64,000 nucleotides of DNA from contig NC_134027.1 of assembly GCF_964204645.1 (NCBI RefSeq), positions 124,001 through 188,000 on the forward strand. Direction: 5' to 3'. The position numbers and the translations under genes are program-made. The DNA is from Tubulanus polymorphus (lineage: Eukaryota; Animalia; Nemertea). Position 1 is the stretch's first letter; each line of letters starts with the position of its first letter. The notes below the pieces were generated by a model. The model saw only the letters and a program-made list of their open reading frames with translations. It was not told the DNA's origin and ran no database searches. Below, piece after piece: positions 50,477 to 62,545 of this stretch.

Positions 50477-50594
50477 AATCAATAATTTTGTTAAGATTCA
50501 TATCAGATGCAAACAAAAAATATACAATATTATATTAAAACGCACACAGCATTCAGGTAAGATTGGGTGGCGTGTTTTTGTGTGGTGTAGTTGA

Positions 50595-50703
50595 CGCACA
50601 CAGCGCGCACACAGCGCGCACACAGCGCGCACACAGCGCGCACACAGCGCGCACACAGCGCGCACACAGCGCGCACACAGCGCGCACACAGCGCGCACAC
50701 AGC
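50595..50703. repeat. 11-bp repeat (CACAGCGCGCA)n, ~10 copies
   Basis: Direct reading of the sequence. Confidence 0.95.
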
Positions 50704-51962
50704 ACGCGTGGGGGTGATGATCATTTTATCATTCTCTACAAACAGATAAATTTGTCATCGACTGCGGAAACTATAAAATGCCAACTCAGAAAGAGAGAGA
50801 GGGAGAGAGAGAGAAAGAAAGAAAGAAAGAGACTCTTCTTATTCATAGCTACATTCAACGCAATTAGTAGCGTTCAAACAAAGCGGTAGATTGGTAAATG
50901 TGTTACACACTTGCCACAGGCTCTTTCTATCTGCGTGTGTTTGCAATATCAGATCACGTGTTCAACTAACCATGAACTGTTCAATATTCTCTCAATATGT
51001 CAACTTATTTTCACTAAATACCAACTCGATATCTATCAGCATCCTTCATTTCATCATTTACATCATCTGAATTTCATCCTTGACTTTATCCTTTACATCA
51101 TATGAATTTAACCGGCCTCATACAAGGGTAAAAACATGTACTGTTATTATATGCTGAAGAATGGCAGCAGTCACTTGGGTGCCCACAATATTCAATCAAT
51201 GATTCTATATCGTCAAGCTTCTGATTCTGGGTCTTCAAAATAAAAATCCACTGATTTTTATTTCGATAAAATGATTTCCTGTGATGTGACGAATATTGGT
51301 CGTGACACCCTTGTATTATTGTAATATCACTTTATGTGACCCTGGTCTCTGGTAGATCGTGCTCAATACGAACCGGAATAATCCTTACACAGACCACTCA
51401 TGCGCAATCTATAGATTGACCAAATAGGTCAGTTTTTGATTGTTCTGGTACAAACCAGTTTGTGGCCTGTACGACAAAAGGTCTCCATGTTATTGAGATG
51501 ACGGCTGTGTGGGGCTCAGTTCTGTACGCGAGAATTTCACAATGAAACAGCGACAGCGATTAGAATATAGTTTTATTCATATAACCATCATATATTTTAC
51601 AACCACGAGAAATAACGCCAAAAAAACAACCGGAAAATTTGATCGCTGCTTTTTGTGACGTAGAAACTTTTAGAGAACCTCAAATCAACGACAGAAGTCT
51701 CATTTGGAAAACATGAAATTCTATGGCTAAATAAATTCATTGAAAACCTCTCCTTTATATAAATATGAATATAGTTGAATTTATGCACACGTTCCGCAAC
51801 TTCTTTCATCAGTAGTGAATGGAAGCAGTTTATATTAACACGAAGAGAATATTTCTAGATTTAATTTACGTCTCATTCGCTGAAAGTTTTACTGATGAAT
51901 TCATTCAAATTTAATACAACAGAAAAATCGAATAGTTGAACTGTTTCTACAGAGATTGTGAG

Positions 51963-53054
51963 ATGTTTGATTACAACATTACCAGTACAAGTGTTACATT
52001 GACGACACCTCGACTCAACCGGTGTCAGAGATTTCAAACTCGTCCTATTATTTGGAGCAATAAATTCACCGTATTCACCTATCTAGGCTGGTATCTACCG
52101 GGGTCAGTACTGGGTTTAATATTCAACGCATTCACGTTGTTAGTTCTAAAACGATTCAAATCTGATGTTTATTTTCTCATCAAAATTCTCGCTTTAAACG
52201 ATCTTTTGTTTATGATCGCTACATTCATTCTGTATCCGCTGAGAACTGCGTACATTTACGCCGTTTTGGGGGATATTTTGTTTCGCAAGAACGATTGGAA
52301 TTATGGTTGGATTTTTATCACATTCGCCAAGCCGTTTTTCTACATATTTCAGATGACGCGTAACTGGTGCACTGTACTGCTCAGTCTAGAGCGGTTAATC
52401 GTCGTATTGTTTCCTATAAAATCTCGTAAATTTCCCAAGAAGTTGATATCAGTTTGGGCGATGGCGTTTATTTCACTGTTAAGTTTTTGTGGTCATTTTA
52501 TTCAATTTATACCCAGTATTCGTTTGCAATTCATGAACTGTCCCTCGCACTGGCCGTATATCATAATACGTGCTAGAAAATATGCTTTTATTTCGCTTCA
52601 TAAATGGCTGAGCAAATGGCGAGTGGAGATATCACAGAAATCTCTATTTCTGTATCTCACTGCTATTCTTCCGATTTGTATTTTGATTTTCATCAATATA
52701 ATTCTTATTTCGGTGACATTTTACCGTCGGGTTACTCGACGTTCACAGCTCGGTGTAACTGATGAATCGTCTAGAAGGGAAATGAGGGTTTTGAGGATGG
52801 TTTTATCAGTAGTTTTATTGTTTATTATTTGTGAAGGGTTTGGTTTTATCGACCGTATTTCAGGCCACGCATTACTTATCCCCAAAATTCCAGGTATGAG
52901 ACAAATAGCGTTAGGGTTTTCTATCATCGATTCATCAGTAAATTTTATCGTGTATTGCGTGACAAATGATAAATTCAGAAAAGTAGCAATTCATATTTTA
53001 AAATCATCGCTTCATAAACGACATGAGCCTCGAATGGATAAAATGCACCAATAA
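51963..53054 (+). CDS. Single-exon rhodopsin-class 7TM GPCR (FMRFamide-receptor-like/chemoreceptor-like), copy 2
   Basis: 363 aa from first ATG; same 7TM motifs as copy 1 (GLIFN, LALND, SLERL, SSVNFIVY, KFR); stop codon overlaps AATAAA; ~540 bp upstream (from 51425) homologous to 22748-23267. Confidence 0.92.
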   Translation: MFDYNITSTSVTLTTPRLNRCQRFQTRPIIWSNKFTVFTYLGWYLPGSVLGLIFNAFTLLVLKRFKSDVYFLIKILALNDLLFMIATFILYPLRTAYIYAVLGDILFRKNDWNYGWIFITFAKPFFYIFQMTRNWCTVLLSLERLIVVLFPIKSRKFPKKLISVWAMAFISLLSFCGHFIQFIPSIRLQFMNCPSHWPYIIIRARKYAFISLHKWLSKWRVEISQKSLFLYLTAILPICILIFINIILISVTFYRRVTRRSQLGVTDESSRREMRVLRMVLSVVLLFIICEGFGFIDRISGHALLIPKIPGMRQIALGFSIIDSSVNFIVYCVTNDKFRKVAIHILKSSLHKRHEPRMDKMHQ

Positions 53055-53114
53055 AGCTCGTACCACAATTATACCGCCGGTCGCCGTATACACCTGGCTG
53101 ACACCCAGCTGGCC

Positions 53115-53160
<46 letters not shown>

Positions 53161-55300
53161 CCGGGTAGTGGAACATTGTGTGGAACTATGTCACGTGAAT
53201 GATTGAAAGAAGTTTCTGTTATCATTTCCATCAAAACATGGTGAGATTATCCATCCACCTCTCACCCTCCGGCGGGGGGTTCACGGGGTGAATTATCATC
53301 CAGGTAATCACCGGTTAATGCTAAAATACGGATTGTACGCCTTGATTGCGGATATGACTAAAATCAGGATGACTAAGATTATATGCGCGACGAGAAGAGG
53401 TCGGTCTATCAGCTCCAGACGGCAGACCCGGGACAAGTGCCGGATAGATTTGAATCCCGGGTAAGAGAGGTTCACGGATAATCCTTTACATCTGTTGTCC
53501 GGTGGTTATGATCCCACAGTGTGTACAGTATTATCACAGATAAGATAGTTTGTCAGTGTAGTGTCGCGCGATCCAGTCGAGAGTCGGCCGCTGACGGTAT
53601 GATGATGATTTAGATGATGTCATAATTCCCCTAGTTACAAGCACGCGGTAGAAGAATCCTCGAACACGATTCGAAATCAATATCTAATAATATCAGTTTG
53701 TGAGGATCTTATTTCAATCGTGAAACAGTGAACAGATACTGAGACTAGAACTGATCCTTCTGACGGATTACATGAATTTACCATTTACAGCCCCAGATGA
53801 TAGAGTCGGAGGAGAAGCGGGGGAAGCGGATAGTGATTTGATATTGAACTCCACTTCTTTCCGTCTGAAATACGTGGAAAAAATCCACAATCCTTACTAA
53901 TACCGGATCCGCGGCGGCGCGAGTTTAATTTGTTTCTGGATCCAGTTCCACAGTTGTTTTTGAGACTCAGTTGCATCCAGAGTTCTTGGAAGCCCTATAG
54001 AATTCTCATATTTTACAGGCAATTTAAGAATCGTAAATGTTTCTACTGTAAGTTATATCATTGATATCACAATCTTTGACTCGTGGTAAATTCTCAATTT
54101 CAACTAAGACATTATAGGTGTTCAGTCCATTTCCTTATTTTACTTTAAAACAAACATGTCCAGTCCACTTCCTTACTTTATTTACTTAAATGAAAATATA
54201 ATCCATATCCTTATTTTACTTTTTACACAAGTCAAGTCCATTTCCACGTTTTACTTCAAAAGAAACTTTTCAGCCCGCTTCCTTGAAATAAGCTTGTCCA
54301 GTCCCTTTCCTTATTTTACTTTAAAATTAAATTCTTTTTTTTTTTCTAAATAAAAAAACTTCGTCTTTGATCACGAGTCCAATCGTCTAAAGCCAATATG
54401 TCGCTTTTATTTATAAATGATGAGTTGTTTCATCGCAGCTAAGAAATTGTCAACTCAGTAATCCACGAATCATTCTAACATATCCAATTGCCCTAATATT
54501 AACATAACACCCTCTCGCTCTCTCACATCTCACACCGGTACAGCAGTCGTCGGCCGGGGGTGACATTGACGACATCTTTATATCGAAGATAAATCCATTA
54601 TTAAGACTATCGGAGCTATCTAATATAAATAACAGAGATCCCAGGGGGCTACAGTGTAAATCACAGGCTGATCCCATCAGTCATCGGAATTACAACTGAA
54701 TCCATCTCCTCAATTCCAAATTGCCATCACCAGAGAAAACTGATTATTAATTGTAGACTTTCTCAAATCATTTGAAAGTTAAATTGTAGCATTAGACTGT
54801 TCACACATTTAGGGGGTTAAAATGCCCACTTCACACACAGAAAACAAATGAAGGATAACAATCAATTTTTCAAATTCTCTGATTTTCAGCAATTTTCTTC
54901 ATTAAATTCACCGAATTAGTCATGCTACTATTTAACTTTAAAACAACGAAGACCATGCAAAAATTGAAATAAAAATTTAAAACAAAAATCGATTCTAGCA
55001 ATAGCAATCATCTTTATTGCCTTCTTTTTGCTGAATGAATTAAATATCTGAAGGATGCAGAAAGACTCACTATTGAAAACACAGTATCTGCTGCTACAAT
55101 ACTGACAGCTTCACGAACAGCTGCTTACCCCGGCTGGGTAAAACCTGATTCACAAAATACTGCTGAAAATACAAACATATCCATTCATTTTACATTCAAG
55201 TGACAACATTGTTAGAAATATATCTAAAGGACAAGGGCTGTAATAAGAACCATTGACAGCTACACCAAGGGGCCTTAAGAGAAATGGACAGTGAGATGAA

Positions 55301-55485
55301 TTACAAGCAAGGGACAGCTAGTTAATTCACAAGCAAGGGACAGCTAGTTAACTTACAAGCAAAGGGACAGCTAGTTAACTTACAAGCAAGGGACAGCTAG
55401 TAAACTTACAAGCAAGGGACAGCTAGTTAACTTACAAGCCAGGGACAGCTAGTTAACTTACAAGTCAGGGACAGCTAGTTAACTA
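55301..55485. repeat. 26-bp minisatellite, ~7 copies
   Basis: Unit TTACAAGCAAGGGACAGCTAGTTAAC. Confidence 0.94.
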
Positions 55486-55997
55486 GAAATACAAGCATAT
55501 TTTCTTTTCTATGAAGGTAATGAAATGAATTTTGAGACAAGAAACCGTAGAAATTGTTGGAGACAAGAAAGAAAGAGAAATGAATGAATTGTATTGTAGT
55601 TTTATGCGAGGTGATGTGAATGGACCAGTAGGATGAGAGGAGGTGGCCACGGGTTTCATAATAACTATCTGTGCCATTATCAACTAATCTAATAGTAATA
55701 CTATCATCACTCTGACACACAGACACACAGAGAGCTGATTCAATAATTGTCATCTTCAATAAATCTTGATGGATTAATGTAGAATTCAGTAGTGCACACA
55801 CAGCTGCCTTCATTACAAATACACTGGATTTAGTTCACTGCCATCTCCCTGGTTCTATGTGGGTTTAAATCTACTCTGATAGACGAATTAGTTTAGAAAC
55901 CGAGAGTAAGAACTATGTGATACTAGGAATGAAACAGTAAACCAGGTCCAGTACTGAGAGTGAATATGCTAGGGGTGATTTTCAGTTCGTGCATAGT

Positions 55998-56054
55998 ACA
56001 CTAGATGGCAGCAGTGTCTGGTGGTTTTGGTAAGATGAACACTAGATGGCAGCA
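55998..56054 (+). promoter_or_regulatory. Tandem pair of CTCF-like motifs
   Basis: ACACTAGATGGCAGCA at 55998-56013 and 56039-56054, fitting the CTCF consensus CCASYAGRKGGCRS except at the first base. Confidence 0.5.
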
Positions 56055-56205
56055 CTGAGCGTAGTCTAACGGTGAGGCGGGAAAATTGAAATCAACCAAC
56101 CTGAAATCAGATAACAGCATTCGATCAAACACGCTGTTAATCCAGATTAGGATTAGTATAATCCAGTCGAACGTTCTTATCTGAATCGAGCACAGTACAG
56201 TTGAC

Positions 56206-59200
56206 TCATTGTTGCGTGGTTATGGTAACCTCATTTTCGTCATCTCGGGTAGTTAAACTCAACAATGCGGTAACCGGTGATGACGGTGATGTTGCTGTTA
56301 TTACACTTTGTTGCGTCTCTTCGACGCTGATACAACAATACTCCTGAACGCTAGACGTGGTTGCCCCAGCGACACAGTTGCTGATATCATTTTTGTAAAC
56401 AATAAGCGGTTGTAGAATGAACTGATTTTGAATGTTTAACGGTGCCGATTGTTGAACACACGCACCGGTAGTTCGTTTCGGTAAAATGAACTGATGACCT
56501 CGACCTCTACCCAGCTGCGTCCACTGCGATTGTTGCTGCGTTGCTAGGAGACCGGTAACAGTAATAATCGGTGTATCTGAATTTTGATTTCGATTCGGAT
56601 TTTCGTTTAATTGATTTAATTCCATGTGAACCGGTAATTGCTGCTGCTGCTGCTGTTGGCCAGCACTATGCAGCATCACGTCCGTACCTGCAGCTGCTGC
56701 ACCTGCTGCTCCTATTATACGCTGTATTTGAGCACTATCCGGTTGAATTTGGAACTGAATTTCAGAAAATGCGGATAAAGGAATCGTTTGAACTTGTTGT
56801 GAATTGTCAGCAGACATGAGTAAAGTTAGTTCAGTATTATCCATCTGATCGGGAGTGATATTCACATGCTGCTCATGCACAGTAAGGGCGACATCCTCCC
56901 TCTGCTGCTGCTGCTCGTGCTGCTGCTGCTGCTTGTGCTGCTGCTGCTCGTGCTGCTGCTGCTGCTGCTGCTGTGCGGGGTGTTGAGGAGTCAGTAATAA
57001 ATCTGATTCAGTGACCTGTGTTGAAGCAGACGCCTGGCGTGTTGAGACTGCGTGGTTGATTGTCGGAACGATGACAGAAGCCGATGAACTCTGATCTCGG
57101 ATACAATCTTCCTCTAAAGCGATGATTAGCGTTGAACCCTGCGACGAGTCATTGTTTATAACCGGTGTTTGTAAGTCTAATACGGCTTGAGCAGTTGCCA
57201 CCAGGTCGCGCTGTACGGCGTCCACCAGGGGGCGCTGTTGGTCGTGTTGTTTAAGATGAGCTCGTAATGAATCCTCTCTATAGAAACTGCTGTCACACTG
57301 CGGACACCGATGATGACAGTTTTTACGATTCACGCAGCTCCCGGACGCCGGCGACCTTGACCCCGATGGAAGTTTAGCGTTCGTTTTCGCTTTACGTTTA
57401 TTCGGATTCGAAATGGTCGTTGCCTTGACTACGGATAATCTATTGTCATTTTTCGATTGTTGTTTGTTGCCGCTGGTTACGATCGAGCAGCTGTGTTTTT
57501 CGTCGCGGTGAGTTCTCAGATCAAATCGAGATTTCGCTACATAGTTACACTTTTTACACACAATAGAGGGCGCATTCGGGCCGTGGTTCATTCTCTTATG
57601 CACCGTCAGATTCCCTGAAACATACACAGATATAATGAATATTCAATCAGTCTCATTCTCTACATGGTTAGTAGGAGTATGGCTTCACTTTTGATGCGGT
57701 AAAGGCTCTGGTTTAGTGAATCGCGCCGAACAGCTCATCGTGTGATTTATCAAACAATGAAAATAACCTATGGACAAATCATTAATGTGATAATAACCCA
57801 GAAGGAAGATGTGTGTGTGCGTTTGACTTTTGATTATTTGCCATGACAATAATTCAGATAACTCCTCATAAAGTAGCACTTTTCAGCGCTTATTGACATT
57901 GTTGTGATAAGCAAGCACAATCAGGGCCGTAACAAATTTTTCCCAAAAAGTAACACTTTTAGTAGGACTTGCTGTAAACTTTAGCCCGTACAGAAGTTAG
58001 AAGTTCTGTCCTCAGTTTCGGATCATTCATTTATTACGTACGCATAGAATTTGAATTTTTCAACCCCCCTCCCCCTCTGTACGCAAAATCAGCCATTTTT
58101 TTCGTATACATTAAACATTACAGTACGCAATTTCACTGACCCCTCCCCCCTCCCCTAATGCGTACGTAATACATGCACGATGCCTTCCTCAAATCAAAAG
58201 ATAAAGAGACAAATGAAAATGAAACGTACCTTTAACAGAACAGGAATATTTACAGAGATCGCAGTGAAATGGTTTCTCACCGGAGTGAATTCTAACGTGA
58301 CGTTTTAAATCAGAGTTGATTTTAAACGCTGCTTCACACGTCTGACATTTAAACGGTGCGTCCCCCGTGTGAATTCGAATATGAACCGTTAACTGACTTG
58401 TATTGTTGAACGATTTCATACAAATCTGACACCTACAAATAAAATTATTAATGTATTAGATTGAAACAACACGAGCAAATATCGGAAAACCGTATTATCG
58501 GAAATTACAGCATCCAGCTTCACACGTCACGTGAGTTTCAATTTGACTCTAAGAAAGGAACTAATTTTTTTATACTGGAGTCAAACTTAACCAATTGGGT
58601 TCGCGATGAAGTTGTAGTTGAAATTAGTTCATTTTCAGTATTTCAACTGTAGACCTGCGGAACTGGGTTCATGAATTCTCACTTGTAAGGCTTGAGTCCT
58701 GAATGAATTCTTTGATGTTTCACAAGGGCTGATTTTTCATTACATTTATATTCACCTGAAAGTAAAACACAAAAACTTTTGAATACAAAAAAGCCCCCGG
58801 AGATTCATGGGTCAGCCCTAGGGAGTCATGGGTAAGCCCTAGGGAGTCATGGGTAAGCCTCGGGGAGTCATGGTTCAGCCCCCGGGGATTCATGAGTCAG
58901 CCAAGGGGAGTCATGAGTCAGCCACGGGGGAGTCATGAGTCAGCCCCCGGAGATTCATGGGTCAGCCCTAGGGAGTCATGGGTAAGCCTCGGGGAGTCAT
59001 GGTTCAGCCCCCGGGCATTCATGAGTCAGCCAAGGGGAGTCATGAGTCAGCCAAGGGGAGTCATGAGTCAGCCACGGGGGAGTCATGAGTCAGCCCCCGG
59101 AGATTCATGGGTCAGCCCTAGGGAGTCATGGGTAAGCCTCGGGGAGTCATGGTTCAGCCCCCGGGGATTCATGAGTCAGCCACGGGGGAGTCATGAGTCA

Positions 59201-60966
59201 GCCCCCGGAGATTCATGGGTCAGCCCTAGGGAGTCATGGGTAAGCCTCGGGGAGTCATGGTTCAGCCCCCGGGGATTCATGAGTCAGCCACGGGGAGTCA
59301 CGAGTCAGCCACGGGGGAGTCATGGGTCAGCCCTAGGGAGTCATGGGTAAGCCTTGGGGAGTCATGGTTCAGCCCCCGGGGATTCATGAGTCAGCCACGG
59401 GGAGTCATGAGTCAGCCACGGGGAGTCATGAGTCAGCAACGGGGATTCATGGGTCAGCCCCCGAGGATTCATGGGTCAGTCCCGGGGATTCATGGGTCAG
59501 CTCAGGAGATTCATGGGTCAGCCCAGGAGATTCATGGGTCAGCTCAGGAGATTCATGGGTCAGCCCAGGAGATTCATGGGTCAGCCCCGGGGATTCATGG
59601 GTCAGCCCCCAGGGATTCATGGGTCAGCCCACGGGGATTCATGGGTCAGCCCCCGGGGAGTCATGGGTCAGCCCCCGGGGATTCATGGGTCAGCCCCCGG
59701 GGATACAAGGTATACTCACATGTATCACACTGATATCTTTTCTCCTCTGAGTGGTTTTTATAATGTTCGATTAGTTTATCTTTACGACCATATCTACGAC
59801 TACAAACAGGACAGACGTACGGCTTTTCACCGCTGTGCTTCACCAGGTGGCGCTTCAAATCTTTCGGATACGCGCACGTAAATGGACAATCTTTATACGA
59901 ACATTTATAATTCTTTTGCGGCAGTTTACGCGCTTCTAAAATACAAATTCGAAACAGAAATGTTGATTTGATGGAGATAGAACAGAAATGAGAGGGACGA
60001 GAGAAACTTACTGTTAGTCGTACGTCTGGACGTATGAACTGCAGGAATTGATCTCCCAATCGTCGGGAGTTGAGATATACCCCTAGTATTCACTGATGAA
60101 GAATCATTTGATTTCTTCTCTTGAACTGAAAAATATCGATGAGACGTCATTCCAAAATCAACAGCTCAATAGAATTCAATTGAAATATCATAATGATATA
60201 AGTCTGTCGAGATATTTAATGTAACGGCCTGTAAAATGAATATCATTATCATTCATGTCAAATTTCCATAAGATTACAAAACTGTGAAATCATTTCCATA
60301 TTTCTATCTATAAATAAAATTTCATCAAATTTCCAAAGTAAAGTTTGTTCAAAAAAGTTAAGTGCCAAAGTTAGCTTAAAACTTGTCAAAATTTGTAAGA
60401 TCGATTGCAGAATCAAAATGAGCTTAGCCTAGATTTATGTTGGCTTGAATCATCTTTAAAAACAGGACTTGGTTTTGGGATGAAAGTAGTTTTATCTAGG
60501 TCATCACTGAGCCGCTCTAGTTGTACATATAAATAATACCTGTATTCGCTGATGAATAACTCTTTTTCTTCAGTAAAGGTGGAATCTGCTGCTGATCAGT
60601 AACATTACATTTTAGATCAATTAATTCAGTTTGATTAATCCGTGAACCTCGAGTGTGATGACTATCACTGGTACCAGCAGTACGAGCAGCGAGACCTCTC
60701 TCTTTATCAGACACAAAGTCTATCTCATCACTGGACGCTTGTCTCACTAACTCTATCAATTGTCGCGATGCCGTTAAGGTTTGGTCGGCAGTCCGGTGTT
60801 GCGGAGGAGTTGACAGTGTTTTAGAATCTGCCAGATGTTGTTTTTGATAGTATTTTCTCAGTAATATGCACTGATGCTGTTTGTGTTGCGTGAATTCTTT
60901 AATGCAATCGAATTCAGCGCGACAAGCTCCACAAATGTGAATATCGGGCGATAATACTGAATCCAT
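56206..60966 (-). CDS. ZFP64: C2H2 zinc finger protein, ZFP64-like (6 coding exons, ~813 aa)
   Basis: Exons 60966-60540, 60125-60012, 59935-59720, 58755-58683, 58432-58230, 57614-56206; all introns GT-AG and phase-compatible (2442 nt). ZFP64 signatures: PDIHICG..C..F, RKDKL, SQLTVHIRIHTGDAPF, FKINSDLKRHVRIHSGEKPF, KGNL, SFYREDSLRAH; Gln-rich C-terminus. Confidence 0.9.
58020..58184. mobile_element. Tourist/PIF-Harbinger-like MITE in a ZFP64 intron
   Basis: Imperfect TIRs GGATCATTCATTTATTACGTACGCAT / ATGCGTACGTAATACATGCACGATGCC; 3-bp TTC on both flanks. Confidence 0.75.
58791..59703. repeat. Intronic ~21-bp minisatellite with ~150-bp higher-order structure
   Basis: Unit ~GTCAGCCCCGGGGA(G/T)TCATG(G/A); variant order recurs at 58792, 58942 and 59092; fills nearly the whole intron 58756-59719. 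Confidence 0.96.
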
Positions 60967-62107
60967 CCTCTCAGAGTCCGTGAGGTGAGGGGTCTAATTA
61001 CTGCATATCCATCACCTATAGGCCCATTCTTAAAGATAACACCTGAAATTATAATAATTATAATCAATTATAGAACTATAAAATAATCTCGGCGCTTTAC
61101 GTCACATGTGGAAACAAAAAGACATTTTTTAAAACAGACAAACGAACCACAAACTGTCGTCACTATCAGCAAAAATAGCTTACATTCTATCAAGTTTAGA
61201 ACATGGATTTCGGGTAGTCTGAATATCAGTTATTGTTACGGTTGTTTGTGGAACGACGGCTTGACTTGGATTTCGGGGATAAGATTCAGTGACATTGGAA
61301 CTGTAGCGACTTAATAATTCACTGAACGACATTTTTTCTTTCTGTGGGCCAGGCCGACTAGGCAAATGTTTTTGACGAAAATTAAGTACATACGCGGGTG
61401 GGAACTAATCGTCTATCTGAAAATGACATCTCCACTTCATTCAATCGACTGTATTTGGAGTAATTCCCAAACATTCTCAACCAAATCACATGAAATCAGC
61501 TTTAATACAAACTAGAAGACTTTATGCTTCCAGCGAACCTATAACCAACCATCACACTACGACAAATATCGCACAACGAAATCAGCGTTTATTTATGGAT
61601 TTCGGGAGATGGAGGTGACTGATATGGACATCATATAAGTAGTAAACATTTTTTTTTTGTAGAGCAAAAATGGCAGTTTTTCCACTTCAAACAATGATTT
61701 CTATGTGAGATGTTTAGATAACCAAAACAAACCATATATTTTTTGAAACTAGGCAGTCATACCTTTCCAGCTGTATCATTTATTTGTATAATCCATGCAG
61801 TTACGGAGCTTAGTAGCTCAAAATACAAAAATGAGGAAGGACACAGCTAATTCAAATCAAAGTCAAATTCAAAATAACTTTATTAGTAATTGATGTTAAC
61901 AAACACATTATCGGATTAAAAAATCAATGAAGAACAGAAAACATAGATAGAAAATTGAGTTTGTTTGGGTTATCTCTATTAATGTTGTTTCAAGTAAAAA
62001 AAACTGCCATTTTTCGCGGACTTTGGGTTCGAATCCGCGTTGACCCGGACCGGGTGAAGATGCCTGACCAGTGAACTGTTTGCCGTCCCCTTTCGGGTGG
62101 TTTCTAC

Positions 62108-62141
62108 CATAGAACTATAACCGAATTACGTTAGTTCTATG
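62108..62141. mobile_element. 34-bp micro-MITE with P-element-like termini and 7-bp TSD
   Basis: CATAGAACTA...TAGTTCTATG (10-bp TIR) flanked by TTTCTAC at 62101-62107 and 62142-62148. Confidence 0.7.
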
Positions 62142-62529
62142 TTTCTACCATCCTTCGTCAGTCTAAAAGATTTTTTTATGGAAATAAAGGTTTCAGTTTA
62201 AACAGTTCTAATAAGTTTTAGTTCACAAATTCACCGCTAATGTTGTATTTGGAGGCAGCACGTAACAGTCAACAATCTGACAACTTATAATATTCCATCT
62301 GTGGCATGTGAATAAATAAAAGTAAAACAGAATCTTCAACTGAAATGATGTCTGGTGCGCATCCACACGTATCAATTGTTTACATAATAAACTTAGTATA
62401 AACATTTTAGAATATATTATCTCCATAGATTGACTTTATTTGCTTGATTAGTTTTAAATTCTGAATCATTTGATTTACTTTTATGTTAGACCGTTTCGTT
62501 GGATCACGTCTTCGGTATTCTACCCTGTA

Positions 62530-62545
62530 AACAACATGGCGTCGA
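62530..62545 (+). promoter_or_regulatory. YY1-like motif near putative TSS of the CAP-Gly gene
   Basis: AACATGGCG at 62532-62541, upstream of a strong donor TTG|GTAAGT at 62602/62603 (probable non-coding exon 1). Confidence 0.4.

Noticed and set aside
58892-59881. Plus-strand repetitive ORFs (SQPRG..., HGSAP...)
   Set aside because: Intronic minisatellite, antisense to the ZFP64 gene.
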